Shown in pieces: positions 47,653-57,347 of a stretch of 64,000 bases of DNA. Within the stretch, counting starts at the first letter, position 1; each line of letters opens with the position of its first letter. This stretch comes from Sumerlaeia bacterium. Lineage in GTDB: Bacteria > Sumerlaeota > Sumerlaeia > SLMS01 > JAHLLQ01. A program made the translations under genes and the position numbers. The stretch covers positions 96,001 through 160,000 of the forward strand of contig JAVJSW010000037.1 in assembly GCA_040219255.1 (NCBI GenBank), given 5' to 3'. The notes beneath the pieces are model-generated. The model was not told where the DNA came from and did no database searches. It saw only the letters and a list, made by a program, of their open reading frames with translations.

Positions 47653-49662
47653 TCAAGGGACCTCCGTGCCGCGGGAAAGGACGCGATAGATGACCAGACC
47701 ATCCTTATCCCTGCGTTCGCCGGGCGGGTCGGACATGGTGCTCAGGCCGAAAATCGGCCCCGCGACCTTTTCCAGGGCGGGGTGTCTGTCCAATGTTCGA
47801 TGGCGGGTGACGATGTAGTCCGCGCCCGTGTGCTCCGCCAGCCAGGCCACGTACCAGGCGGGCAGGCGGTAGTAATCGCGATCGAGCAGGGCGCCCTGGT
47901 AATCGTGCAGAAACCATTCGCACATCGCCGGGTGCTCGCGCGGCTCGGGTATGCCTCGCACCTGGGCATAGAGTTCCAGCCAGGTTGCCCATTCCCGTTG
48001 TTTGAAGGGAAAGGTTTTGAAGAGGAACACGGCGGAGCGCTCGGACCAGATATGCCAGCTCTGGTTCGCTTCGCCCGGCGGTGTCAGAAAGAGGGCGTCC
48101 GGGGGCGTGTTGTCCTTGGCCCAAGCGGCCGCGCGCTCCAGTTCGCCGGTCGCGTAGGGCCAGACCTGATAGCGATCCGCCAGGTCCGCGTGCTCGCTCG
48201 TCAGCCAGTTCCATCGGTGAGCCTCCTGGACTCGTTCCTGGGGGAAAGGTGCCGCCAGCAGCACCGCAACGAGCAGCACCCCCAGCCCCGCGCCCAGGTA
48301 GGGCCACGCCGCCCGCCGGCCCAAAGCCGCGAGCCTCCGTCCGATCCAGAAGGTCCAGGGGCTCTTCCATTGCGTGATGGCGGCCAGGACAATCACCCCC
48401 GCCACCGCCGCCCGGTGATCCGAGTAGTCGTTGCTCAGCAGCGGCGCGGCGGCGAAGCCGGCGGCGCCGACCCAGACCGGCCGGGTCCCCCGCGCCAGGG
48501 CGGGAATCGCCGCGTAGAGGGCCTCCAGAAGGAAGACGAGGGCGAGAAGGCCTTCCCATTTTTCACCGCCGATCACGCCAACGAGAAAGGCCACGCCCCG
48601 GAACCATGGGACGGCCTCGCCCGCCTTCAGCAACTGGAGCAGGTGGAACGTGGCGATCAGGAAAACCGTGGCTCGGAAGATATTGTTCAGGCGGAACGGC
48701 TGAATCGCCACGACCGCCGCAACGGGCACCACATGGATCAGAAAGCTGGCTAGGACGAACCATGCCAGAAGCAACGCCACGAGCGGCACGAGAGGGCGTT
48801 CCGGGTCGTCCGGCCGGATCGCCCGGACCCGCGCCCAGAAAAAGAGCAGCATGGCCAGCGTTTCCCAATAATCGCCCGCGCTCATCATCAACGGGATCAT
48901 GTGGTGCGGATGGCGCAACCAGCCCAGGAGGTGAATCCGCTCGGCGGCCGTGTAGAGTTCCGGGCCCGCGACTAAGTCGGCCAGGAGCAAAGCCTGGACG
49001 CCGCAGATGGCACCCACCGGGGCGGCAAAGAGCAGGGCTCGCCGGGCCGCCTTGGCCGGCTGGTGGAGGGTAAATTGCCACGCCACCAGAACCGGCAGCG
49101 CCAGCAAAGCCGGCGCCGCCTGGAACAGGCTCAACGCCGCCATCGCCAGCCCCGCCACCAACGGGCGTCCTCGCAGCAGCAGGCCGATGGCGAACAGCAC
49201 CCCCAGATAGCCGTACATCCGAGGCAAGGTCGAGCGCTCGATCAGGAAGGTGGTGCCGAGGTCGCCATATTCGCCCGCGGAAACGAGAAACAGCAGCCAG
49301 ACCGCTATGAGTCCCACCCGCCCGCCGAGACCCCGCACGATGGCCCAACAGGCCGCCACGAAAGCCATCAGATAGGCGAGGTACTGCACGAACAACGTGA
49401 TCGCGATGGAACCGGTCAGGCGGTGGAGGTGAACCTCGAAGGCCAGGAAAATCCCGCGCGCCGTGTACGCCGCCTCGCCGCCGAAATACCAGTCCCGCTG
49501 GAACAGGCTCGGATCGAGCTTCGCCATCAGCATGGGCACTTGCGACAAATGATCGGTCCGGTAGGCGCCGTAGCCCAGGTTAAGGAGAATGAAGGTGACG
49601 GCACTGAACCAGAGCGCGATCAGCCGGGCCGGAGGAAGAGGGAAGGGGGAAGGGCGATCCAT
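47653..49662 (-). CDS. Polytopic membrane protein (DUF6798-like, GT-C-like)
   Basis: DH...DPSLFQRDWY, RHPHH, QPFR, WAKDNTPPDALFLTPP, SERS, FKTFP; many TM helices. Confidence 0.7.
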   Translation of the reverse strand: MDRPSPFPLPPARLIALWFSAVTFILLNLGYGAYRTDHLSQVPMLMAKLDPSLFQRDWYFGGEAAYTARGIFLAFEVHLHRLTGSIAITLFVQYLAYLMAFVAACWAIVRGLGGRVGLIAVWLLFLVSAGEYGDLGTTFLIERSTLPRMYGYLGVLFAIGLLLRGRPLVAGLAMAALSLFQAAPALLALPVLVAWQFTLHQPAKAARRALLFAAPVGAICGVQALLLADLVAGPELYTAAERIHLLGWLRHPHHMIPLMMSAGDYWETLAMLLFFWARVRAIRPDDPERPLVPLVALLLAWFVLASFLIHVVPVAAVVAIQPFRLNNIFRATVFLIATFHLLQLLKAGEAVPWFRGVAFLVGVIGGEKWEGLLALVFLLEALYAAIPALARGTRPVWVGAAGFAAAPLLSNDYSDHRAAVAGVIVLAAITQWKSPWTFWIGRRLAALGRRAAWPYLGAGLGVLLVAVLLAAPFPQERVQEAHRWNWLTSEHADLADRYQVWPYATGELERAAAWAKDNTPPDALFLTPPGEANQSWHIWSERSAVFLFKTFPFKQREWATWLELYAQVRGIPEPREHPAMCEWFLHDYQGALLDRDYYRLPAWYVAWLAEHTGADYIVTRHRTLDRHPALEKVAGPIFGLSTMSDPPGERRDKDGLVIYRVLSRGTEVP

Positions 49663-49772
49663 TTTGTCCGAGAGGACCAGGCCAAGCCGGGCGGTCCAAT
49701 TTCAAAACAAGAGTTTGGATGCCTTGTCTTGGGGTCAACGCCGACCTTGCCGCGCACGGCGGGAGCCGCGCG

Positions 49773-50477
49773 TCAGGAGTCCCGCGGCGGATTGATCGAT
49801 GCCCCGCGCAAATAGGCCGGCGCCGCGCCGGCGGGATCTTCGAAGAAGCCGGCCCGGGCCCGGGCGAGGCCCAACAAGGCGACGCTTTCCGGGGCGCACT
49901 GGCGCCGGTCCGCCGGGGCCAGGCGAATGTTTATCCCCGCGCCCAGCCAGGTTTCCCGGTACTGCAACGCCCCCTCGCCGGTGATCGCCGCAGGGCCTTC
50001 CGGCCACCGCGCCAGCGCGTCCTCCGGCGAAGCGCAGAAGTCGCCGCAGAGGCGTTCCAGCCCCCCCTTCGTCCGGCGAAAGAACGCGCCGTAGACTTCC
50101 CCCCGGCGGGCGTTCAACAGCGGCACCACCACGGTTCCTTCCGCCTCCGGGCAGGCCCGGTGGGCCAAGGCCTCCAGCGTGGAAACCAGCACCAGCCTCG
50201 GCCGCCCCGGTTCGCAGAAAGCCTTGGCCAGCGTCAGCCCAACACGCACGCCGGTGAAAGTCCCCGGCCCGGCGCTCGCCGCCACCACGTCCACGTCCTC
50301 GATCGTCAGCCCCGATTCGGCGAGCAGCGTCTCCACGGCGGGCAGGATCATGCGGCTGTGGGCGCGGGCACTGGTGATCGTTTGCGCCCCCAGGAAGCGC
50401 TCGGCGTCCGCCTCGCGCGCGTCCAGCAGCGCCACGCCGCCGGCCGGGCTGCACGTTTCCAGAGCCAGAACGATCAC
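49773..50477 (-). CDS. tsaB: tRNA threonylcarbamoyladenosine biosynthesis protein TsaB
   Basis: LALET, HSRMILP, GPGTFTGVRVG, STLEALA, NARRGEVY, PAYLR; GTG start overlaps the upstream stop. Confidence 0.93.
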   Translation of the reverse strand: MIVLALETCSPAGGVALLDAREADAERFLGAQTITSARAHSRMILPAVETLLAESGLTIEDVDVVAASAGPGTFTGVRVGLTLAKAFCEPGRPRLVLVSTLEALAHRACPEAEGTVVVPLLNARRGEVYGAFFRRTKGGLERLCGDFCASPEDALARWPEGPAAITGEGALQYRETWLGAGINIRLAPADRRQCAPESVALLGLARARAGFFEDPAGAAPAYLRGASINPPRDS

Positions 50478-51463
50478 GCCGGGGCTCCCTGGCTCAGACG
50501 CACAATGCGCGTCTCGCCGCCGGAGGGGCGCTCGATGGCGATCCAGGTCGTGCGCTCGGCGGGCAGTTCGGCGGGAAAAAGATTCGCCCACTCCACCAGA
50601 AGAACCCCGCGGCGGTTCTCGGCGCTTTCCGGAAAGCCGGTCGATTCCAGATCGGCGCCGCCCTCGAGGCGGTAGAAATCCCAGTGCTGAAAGGGCAGGC
50701 GGCTTTCCGTGTACTCGCGGCAAAGGGTGTAGGTGGGGCTGGCGATGGGGCCGGAAACGCCCAGGCCCCGGGCGAAGCCGCCGGCGAAACAGGTCTTGCC
50801 CGCACCCAGCGGCCCCACCAGCGCGAACACATCGCCGGGCTTGGCCCGCCGCGCCAGATCGCCCGCCAGCGCCCGCATCGCCGCCGGCGTTTCGATCCGC
50901 AGCTCGCCCGGCTTGGGCTTTGGAGCCGCCGCCATGGGCCAGAATTCCCGGGGTTCGAGGCGCTGTGTTTCCTCGTCGATTTCGAGTCCCTCCGGCGTCA
51001 GGGTCCACTGCTCCTGCCAAAGGCCAGGGAAAAACGTCGCCCCCGACGCCATCGCTTCCGACAAGGGATGCACCACGAAGGGGCGCTCGCGGATGCGAGG
51101 GTGGGGGAGCGCCAGCGCTTCCGAGGCGCTCGTTTGCTCGCCGAACAGCAGCAAATCCAAGTCGATATTTCTCGGTCCCCAGCGCCGCACGACCTTCTTG
51201 CCGAGCCGTTCCTCGAGGCGCTGCAGCGCCGCCAGCAGTTCGGCGCTGGTTCCCTCCCAGGTGCCCAGCACCACCGCGTTCAGAAACGGGTCCTGGTCTG
51301 GATCGCCCCACGGTTCGCTCTCGTAGAGCGAGGAGGTCGCGATCAGGTGGAAGGCCGGCAGCCGCAGCAGGCCCAGGAGGGCCTCGAAAGCGTTTTTCTC
51401 CCGATCCCCGAGATTCGTCCCGAGGCCGATGGCGACTGGTGTTCCTGCGGTTGAGAAAGGCAA
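50474..51463 (-). CDS. folK/tsaE: FolK (HPPK)-TsaE fusion protein
   Basis: N-half GLGTNLGD, FLNAV, RWGPRNIDLDLL, PHP..ERPFV; C-half GPLGAGKT, SPTYTL, HWDFYRL, VEW. Confidence 0.9.
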   Translation of the reverse strand: MPFSTAGTPVAIGLGTNLGDREKNAFEALLGLLRLPAFHLIATSSLYESEPWGDPDQDPFLNAVVLGTWEGTSAELLAALQRLEERLGKKVVRRWGPRNIDLDLLLFGEQTSASEALALPHPRIRERPFVVHPLSEAMASGATFFPGLWQEQWTLTPEGLEIDEETQRLEPREFWPMAAAPKPKPGELRIETPAAMRALAGDLARRAKPGDVFALVGPLGAGKTCFAGGFARGLGVSGPIASPTYTLCREYTESRLPFQHWDFYRLEGGADLESTGFPESAENRRGVLLVEWANLFPAELPAERTTWIAIERPSGGETRIVRLSQGAPA

Positions 51464-51596
51464 GCCGGTTGTCCGAGTAGAAAATCCATCCCGCCGAAAG
51501 CGGACAGAGAGTGTGCGTCAAAGCCCGCCCCGGCGCAAGCCCCGCAAACGGAGCCCCGCAACCGGCCGTTTCCGCCGCGTTGCGGCGAGAGGATCG

Positions 51597-52877
51597 TCAA
51601 ACGGCGAACTCTTCGACTTTGTTCATATAGCGCTTGGGATAGAGCACGTGGATGCTGGCGTGGCCATCTTCGTACTTTTCTTCCAGCACCTCGCCGTCGC
51701 GGTGGAGGGCGGTGATGAGGTCGAAGCGCGTCGTGGGGATTTTCAGGTGCAGGTCGGCCATCGTGCTGGCGATCAGGCGGGCCAGTGCCACGCGCAGTTC
51801 GTCGAGCCCCTGGCCCCGGCCCACGGCCGCGCGGATGGTCAGATCGGCCAGTCCTTCGAAGCGCCGGAAGTCCTCCTCGTCCGCCACCAGATCGGCCTTG
51901 TTCAACACCAGCAGCGTTGGCTTGTCCTTTGCCCCCAGCTCCGCCAGGACCTCGGTCGTGACCTGGAAGTGATCCAGGGCTTGCGGGTGACTGGCGTCGA
52001 GGACGTGGACGAGGTAGTCGGCGTATTTGGCTTCCTCGAGGGTGGACTTGAAGGCTTCGACCAGATTGTGCGGCAGTTTACGGATAAACCCGACCGTATC
52101 GGTCAGCAGCATGGAGGGCCCGCCGGGCAATTCGAGGCGCCGCGTGGTCGGGTCCAGGGTGGCGAAGAGCTTGTCCTCCTGCAACACGCCGGCGTCGGTC
52201 AGGGCGTTGAGGAGCGTGGACTTACCCGCGTTCGTGTAGCCCACGATGGCGGCCAGGGGAAGGCCGTCGCGGCGGCGGCCCTTGCGGACCGTTTCGCGGT
52301 GGCTCTGGACGTGTTTGAGTTCCCGCTTGGTGGCGGCGATTTTGTCGCGCACGAGCCGGCGGTCGATTTCGATCTGCGCTTCGCCGGCGCCGCCAACGAA
52401 TCCGCCGCCGCCTCGCTGGCGTTCGAGGTGCGTCCAGGCGCGTTTCAGGCGAGGCAGGGAGTATTCCATGATCGCCAGATCGACTTGCAGGCGCGATTCC
52501 TTGGTCGTGGCTCGGGCGCCGAAGATGTCGAGAATCACCTGGCGCCGGTCGATACAGGCCACGTTGTCCACCAGTTTCTCCCAGTTGCGCTGCTGCGATG
52601 GCGAGAGTTCGCAGTCGAAAATCACGACTTCGGCCTCATGCGCTTCGAGCCGCGTCTTGATCTCTTCGGCTTTGCCGCTGCCGATGAAGAACTTGGGGTG
52701 GATGGTGGCGACGTTGACGACTTCCGAACCGATCACCTCCAGCCCCTGCGTGCCGACGAGACTGACGAGTTCGTCGAGGTGCTCTTGCGCCACCTGGGGC
52801 GTTATCTCCTGGGTGCGAACGCCTATCAAATAGGCGCGCTCCTGGTATTTTCTCTGATCGTCTAAAAACTCGGCCAA
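51597..52877 (-). CDS. hflX: GTPase HflX
   Basis: GSGKAEE, LSPSQQRN, ILDIF, GAGEAQIEIDRR, GYTNAGKS, LFATLDPTTR, DTVGF, NKAD; TTG start with upstream GGAGG (start uncertain). Confidence 0.95.
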   Translation of the reverse strand: MAEFLDDQRKYQERAYLIGVRTQEITPQVAQEHLDELVSLVGTQGLEVIGSEVVNVATIHPKFFIGSGKAEEIKTRLEAHEAEVVIFDCELSPSQQRNWEKLVDNVACIDRRQVILDIFGARATTKESRLQVDLAIMEYSLPRLKRAWTHLERQRGGGGFVGGAGEAQIEIDRRLVRDKIAATKRELKHVQSHRETVRKGRRRDGLPLAAIVGYTNAGKSTLLNALTDAGVLQEDKLFATLDPTTRRLELPGGPSMLLTDTVGFIRKLPHNLVEAFKSTLEEAKYADYLVHVLDASHPQALDHFQVTTEVLAELGAKDKPTLLVLNKADLVADEEDFRRFEGLADLTIRAAVGRGQGLDELRVALARLIASTMADLHLKIPTTRFDLITALHRDGEVLEEKYEDGHASIHVLYPKRYMNKVEEFAV

Positions 52878-53158
52878 GCGGCGGCGTCCTCCATCGGGGG
52901 AAATCTGGTGGAAAGACCCTGCAAGACCCGGGCCGGAAAAGACAATGGAAAGTGGGGGTGTGGCGGTCAGCATGGCGGGCGCCCTCCTGAGGCGTGACGT
53001 TGGAGGGAGCCTCTCACAACCCCCGCCGTTTGTCCCCTCATGTGGAGCTTCGGGAACAAGAAAGACAAAATACACTTGTCAGACTAAACAGACAAGAGGA
53101 GATTAGGGGCGGGTAAGTCGTGTAATGGGTGTGGTTCGGAGGTGCGGAGTATGGGACT

Positions 53159-53280
53159 TCACCGCAGAGACGCGGAGCACGCTGAGGTTGGGGCTTTGGG
53201 GTGCTGGGCGTGGGGTGGGTGGGGCGCGGGTTTTCTGTTTTTAACGCAAAGCAGCGAAGGGGCGAAGGGTGCGTAGAGAA
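53159..53280. repeat. Periodic REP-like units (CACCGCAGAG-ACGCGGAG-CACGCTGAG; AACGCAAAG-CAGCGAAG-GGGCGAAG)
   Basis: 8-10 bp periodic purine-rich units of the same style as those at 30281 and 33021. Confidence 0.45.
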
Positions 53281-53293
53281 AGGTGAAATCCGC

Positions 53294-53551
53294 TCAGGCC
53301 AGCGAACTCAAGTACCACCGCGCCAGGAAGCACGCCCCCGCATGCACGATCAAGAGCGCGCCCGCTGCGAAGGTGAGCGGGTGGAGTCTCCGGACACCGA
53401 GCGTGTACAAGAGCAAGAGCGCCGACCCCGTGATGCCGAAAGGAATGAGGCCCTCAACAGCGAAGTCAAAGAACACGCCGCTCAAGACCGCGAGCACGAT
53501 GAGCGGAATGTTGAGAGCGATGGCGATGGCGAAGATTTGGTCTTTGGGCAC
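53294..53551 (-). CDS. Small membrane protein (3 TM)
   Basis: 85-aa hydrophobic ORF; AGGAG upstream of the GTG start. Confidence 0.6.
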   Translation of the reverse strand: MPKDQIFAIAIALNIPLIVLAVLSGVFFDFAVEGLIPFGITGSALLLLYTLGVRRLHPLTFAAGALLIVHAGACFLARWYLSSLA

Positions 53552-53575
53552 CGGTGACTCCTTGCGGCCTAAGCA

Positions 53576-54001
53576 CTAGTTTCCTTTTGCAACCTCGTAG
53601 TCATGCCTCGTGATCCGCCATTTGCCGCTCTCGTCGAGCGTGTAACGATAGGAAATGTAGTCTCGAGGTTCCAGGAATCCACTATCACCAAGCTCCTGGA
53701 TCGAGTGAGGCAAACGATCCATCTCGAGAGCGAATTGATTGATCGCGATCACAAGGCCCATCCGGTCGTAAGGCCATCGCAAATCTGGATCATTGAAGGC
53801 GCTCGACATACCCGGTCTTTGTGAGAACTCGAGATGCCCTTCACGCTGTTGCGTCAGCTCCTCGATTAACACACGCCGTTCTTCATCGCTTTCGGTATAA
53901 TATCGATAGCGAGTCAGGGAAAGATGAAGCCCTATTATGAGGAAACAAGAACCTGCAAATAACAGGAATCCGGCGATCAGAATTTTCCTTTTGCAGCCCA
54001 T
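53576..54001 (-). CDS. AT-richer membrane-anchored hypothetical protein
   Basis: N-terminal TM; AINQFALEMDRLPHSIQEL resembles a GspG-type helix-loop. Confidence 0.6.
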   Translation of the reverse strand: MGCKRKILIAGFLLFAGSCFLIIGLHLSLTRYRYYTESDEERRVLIEELTQQREGHLEFSQRPGMSSAFNDPDLRWPYDRMGLVIAINQFALEMDRLPHSIQELGDSGFLEPRDYISYRYTLDESGKWRITRHDYEVAKGN

Positions 54002-54272
54002 GGCTTGCTCTGATTCCCTTTCTCGATAGTCTCGTGAGCGTGGTCTTTCTGCCAGCTCAATTCATCCTTGCTCGCGATAAGAACGCTCTGCCAACCCCAA
54101 TCCCGCCACCTCCGCGAATCTCCTCCCTCCCCATCCTCCGTGTCCCCAACCCTTGCCGCCGCCCCCGCGCCTTTAATCCTTGCCATCGGACCCGGCTTTC
54201 CAGCCAATGCGCGGTGTGACGGGCGAAAGGATAGCCGATGACTTTTCTCAATTTTTGGGGCGAACGGCGCTG

Positions 54273-55118
54273 ATGGACTCCGATTCTCTCAACAGCCAAC
54301 TGGAACATTTGTACTCGAGCGCGGAAGCCGCCACCTACGAGGGCCTGGTGGACGAGGCCATTCGCCGGTGCGAGACGGCGATGACGCTGCTGGATCAGAA
54401 TTACGAGGAGGAGCTGTCCTTTACCCACTCGGATTTTCTGATGGTGGCCGGCCATGCGTGCTGGAAGGACGGCGACAACGAGGGCGCGTTCCGCTATTAC
54501 CGCCAGGCCTACTCGATGGAGATGGGCCGCACGGACGCTCTGGTGGCGATGGGGGTGGCGCTGTTTTATCTGTGCCGCTTTTCCGCCGCGGCGCATTATC
54601 TCGAGTTGGCCAGCGTCGAGGAGCCCGACAGCGGCGAGGTCTGGTATTTCCTGGGCATTCTGGCGCTGAGGGCCGGCGATGTGCAGAAGGCCGATTTCCA
54701 TTTCGAGCGGGCCGAGGAGCTGGAGCCGGAGCGCCAGCGCCCCGTTTTCCTGCCGGTCGAGCGCATCAGCGCCATCCTGGAGGAGATGTACTCGCGTTAT
54801 CCCGAGGACATTCGCCGCGCCATGGAGAACGTGCCGATTATCCTGGAGGATCGGCCCAGCGAGGCGATGCTGTTTTCCGACAATCCGCCGCTGGACCCGT
54901 TGATGCTGGGCATTTTCGAGGGCACGCCGTTGCCCGAGCGGGCCGATAACGACTTGGCCGCGGGCCTGACCCGCATCGTCCTGTTCCTGGAAAACATCGC
55001 CCTGGTGGCGCCGGACGAGGAGAAGCTGATCGAGGAGCTGGATATCACGCTGAAGCACGAGATCGGCCACTTCCTCGGCCTGGACGAGGACGATCTGCTG
55101 GCCCGCGGGTTGGATTGA
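54273..55118 (+). CDS. TPR protein fused to a zincin-like (Zincin_1/DUF1025) metallopeptidase
   Basis: TPR-like helices; LGIFEGTPL, RIVLF..NI, TLKHEIGHFLGLDEDDL. Confidence 0.88.
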   Translation: MDSDSLNSQLEHLYSSAEAATYEGLVDEAIRRCETAMTLLDQNYEEELSFTHSDFLMVAGHACWKDGDNEGAFRYYRQAYSMEMGRTDALVAMGVALFYLCRFSAAAHYLELASVEEPDSGEVWYFLGILALRAGDVQKADFHFERAEELEPERQRPVFLPVERISAILEEMYSRYPEDIRRAMENVPIILEDRPSEAMLFSDNPPLDPLMLGIFEGTPLPERADNDLAAGLTRIVLFLENIALVAPDEEKLIEELDITLKHEIGHFLGLDEDDLLARGLD

Positions 55119-55157
55119 TCGGCGGCGGGGCCGAATGCCTGGCGCGCGCTCAGGTCT

Positions 55158-56237
55158 TCATCCCTCGGGCTCCCCCCTCATTGCCCGAATCAGATCGGCG
55201 GCGTCATGCAGGGTGTCGTCGTTCGAGTCGAGATACGGCTCGATCTCCACCGTCGGCACGCAGCCACAGGTCACCACTTCGGCGATGCAGCGGCGGACGA
55301 CGCCCCAAGTGGGGACTTCGGGAAAGTTCGGCTTGGCGAAATCGCTTGGCGATGGGCCCGGGGTCTCGGAACCATCCATGTTCGGCGTGACAACGCCGTT
55401 GTATGTATAGCTATACAATGGCTGGGCATCCAGATGCAGCGTTTCTGTGGTGTAGCCATCCAGCTTGAAATGCACGTCCATCGGACCGACCGGAGCGTCT
55501 TCTCCGAAATAGGCAGAGGAAGGATCTTGTGGCTCCGGAATATCTCCCCAACGAAGAAAGAAATCCGCGAAGGGGCCATCGGTTATGGCCGATTTGAAGA
55601 TATGAGTATCCACTTTCCGTGTGACCAAATTGTTCCCCGGCAGGTACTCTATTGTAATCGTGACCGAACGGTGAAAAAGGTCCGGAATCCATTCCAGGTT
55701 AGGGTACATTGAAGGGACATGGCGGCTATCCGAAAAACTCATGTCGAACTCTATAAACAGATAGTCATCGGTTTCCTCCGGGAGAACGTCGCTTCGATCT
55801 GTCCCAAACGGCCGCAACTCCACCTCGCTCCCCTTCACGGGGGCGAGCCAGGCAAGACGGCTGCTGCCGAAGGCATAACTTTCCGCCCCAAGGTATCCGG
55901 TAATGCAGTGTCCTTCTCCGGAGAATTCTGGAGAAAAAACCTTGAACGCGAGTGGAGTGCCCGCTGGTGCCCCAACTAGGCCATTAAATCCAATAAAGGC
56001 ATCGCTCAAATACGGCTCTTCTCCGTCTACATAAACACAACTTATATCCTCTGGTCCAAATACAATTTGTCTATTCTGCATTCCGACACGCCCCTCCACA
56101 TCATAGAACGGACTGATTATAAAATTCGTCTCCGATGTGATGATGCCAAAAGCGTCCCATGGAAGAAGCGCCAGGCCACCGGCGAGCGCGAGGCCAATCC
56201 GGCTTGTCTTGCTGATTTTCATTCTACGATGGTCCAT
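55158..56237 (-). CDS. AT-richer secreted hypothetical protein with a dockerin-like C-terminus
   Basis: Signal peptide; C-terminal YLDSNDDTLHDAADLIRAM. Confidence 0.65.
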   Translation of the reverse strand: MDHRRMKISKTSRIGLALAGGLALLPWDAFGIITSETNFIISPFYDVEGRVGMQNRQIVFGPEDISCVYVDGEEPYLSDAFIGFNGLVGAPAGTPLAFKVFSPEFSGEGHCITGYLGAESYAFGSSRLAWLAPVKGSEVELRPFGTDRSDVLPEETDDYLFIEFDMSFSDSRHVPSMYPNLEWIPDLFHRSVTITIEYLPGNNLVTRKVDTHIFKSAITDGPFADFFLRWGDIPEPQDPSSAYFGEDAPVGPMDVHFKLDGYTTETLHLDAQPLYSYTYNGVVTPNMDGSETPGPSPSDFAKPNFPEVPTWGVVRRCIAEVVTCGCVPTVEIEPYLDSNDDTLHDAADLIRAMRGEPEG

Positions 56238-56285
56238 TCTCGTTACCCTTCCACTTCGACCGAAGCGGCGGCGTGCCTGCCCGTC

Positions 56286-57347
56286 TCACTCGTTCCTGAG
56301 CGACGCCATATCGATGCAGAAGCGGTACTTCACGTCGGACTTCAGCAGCCGGTCGTAGGCTTCGTTGACTTTCTGAATCGGGATGACTTCCACGTCGGCG
56401 GTGATGTTGTGCGCGCCGCAGAAGTCGAGCATTTCCTGGGTCTGGGGAATGCCGCCGGTGTTCGAACCGGACAGGTTGCGGTTGCCGAACAGGAGGCTGA
56501 AGGCCGACAGCGAGAGGGGCTCGGGCGGCGCGCCGACGAGTGTCATGTTGCCATCGACCTTGACCAGGTTCAGGTAGGCGTCGATGTCGTGCTTCGCCGC
56601 CACGGTATCGAGGATGAAGTCGAAGGTGCCCGCGTGCTTTTTCATCTGGTTGGCGTCGGTGGAAATGACGACTTCGTCGGCGCCCAGGCGCAGGGCGTCG
56701 CCCTTTTTGGACTCGGTGCGGCTGAAAACGGCGACGTGGGCGCCAAAGGCGCGGGCGAATTTGACCGCCATGTGGCCCAGACCGCCCAGGCCCACGACGC
56801 CCACTTTCATTCCCGCCCCCACATTGAACCGCCGCAGCGGCGAATAGGTGGTGATTCCCGCGCAGAGCAGCGGCGCCGCCCCCGCCAGATCCAGGTTCGC
56901 GGGCAGGCGCAGCGCGAAGTGCTCGTGCACGACGATGCTTTCCGAATACCCGCCAAAGGTCATCGGCGCCGTGCCATGGCGGTCGGCGGAGCCAAAGGTC
57001 ATGGTGGCGTCGGGGCAGAAGTTCTCGCGCCCCGCCTTGCACATCGGACACGACAGGTCCGACCCCACGAAACAGCCGACGGCGACCAGATCGCCGGTTT
57101 TGTGCTTCGTCACCTCGGGCCCCACCTTGGCCACCCGGCCCACGATTTCGTGGCCCGGAACGGCGGGATACATGGCGGGGATGGCATCGCTCCATTCGTT
57201 GCGGACAAAGTGCAGGTCCGAGTGGCAGATGCCGCAGTACAGGATTTCGATCTGCACATCGTGGCCTTGGGGGTCGCGGCGATCGATGGCGTCGAGGGCG
57301 AGGGGGGACGTGGCGCTGGCGGCGGAGTAGGCTTTGGCTTTGTACAT
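56286..57347 (-). CDS. Zn-dependent NAD(P)H alcohol dehydrogenase (cinnamyl-ADH/YahK-like)
   Basis: CGICHSD, GHEIVG, LLCAGITTYSPL, GLGGLGH, DVKYRF. Confidence 0.95.
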   Translation of the reverse strand: MYKAKAYSAASATSPLALDAIDRRDPQGHDVQIEILYCGICHSDLHFVRNEWSDAIPAMYPAVPGHEIVGRVAKVGPEVTKHKTGDLVAVGCFVGSDLSCPMCKAGRENFCPDATMTFGSADRHGTAPMTFGGYSESIVVHEHFALRLPANLDLAGAAPLLCAGITTYSPLRRFNVGAGMKVGVVGLGGLGHMAVKFARAFGAHVAVFSRTESKKGDALRLGADEVVISTDANQMKKHAGTFDFILDTVAAKHDIDAYLNLVKVDGNMTLVGAPPEPLSLSAFSLLFGNRNLSGSNTGGIPQTQEMLDFCGAHNITADVEVIPIQKVNEAYDRLLKSDVKYRFCIDMASLRNE

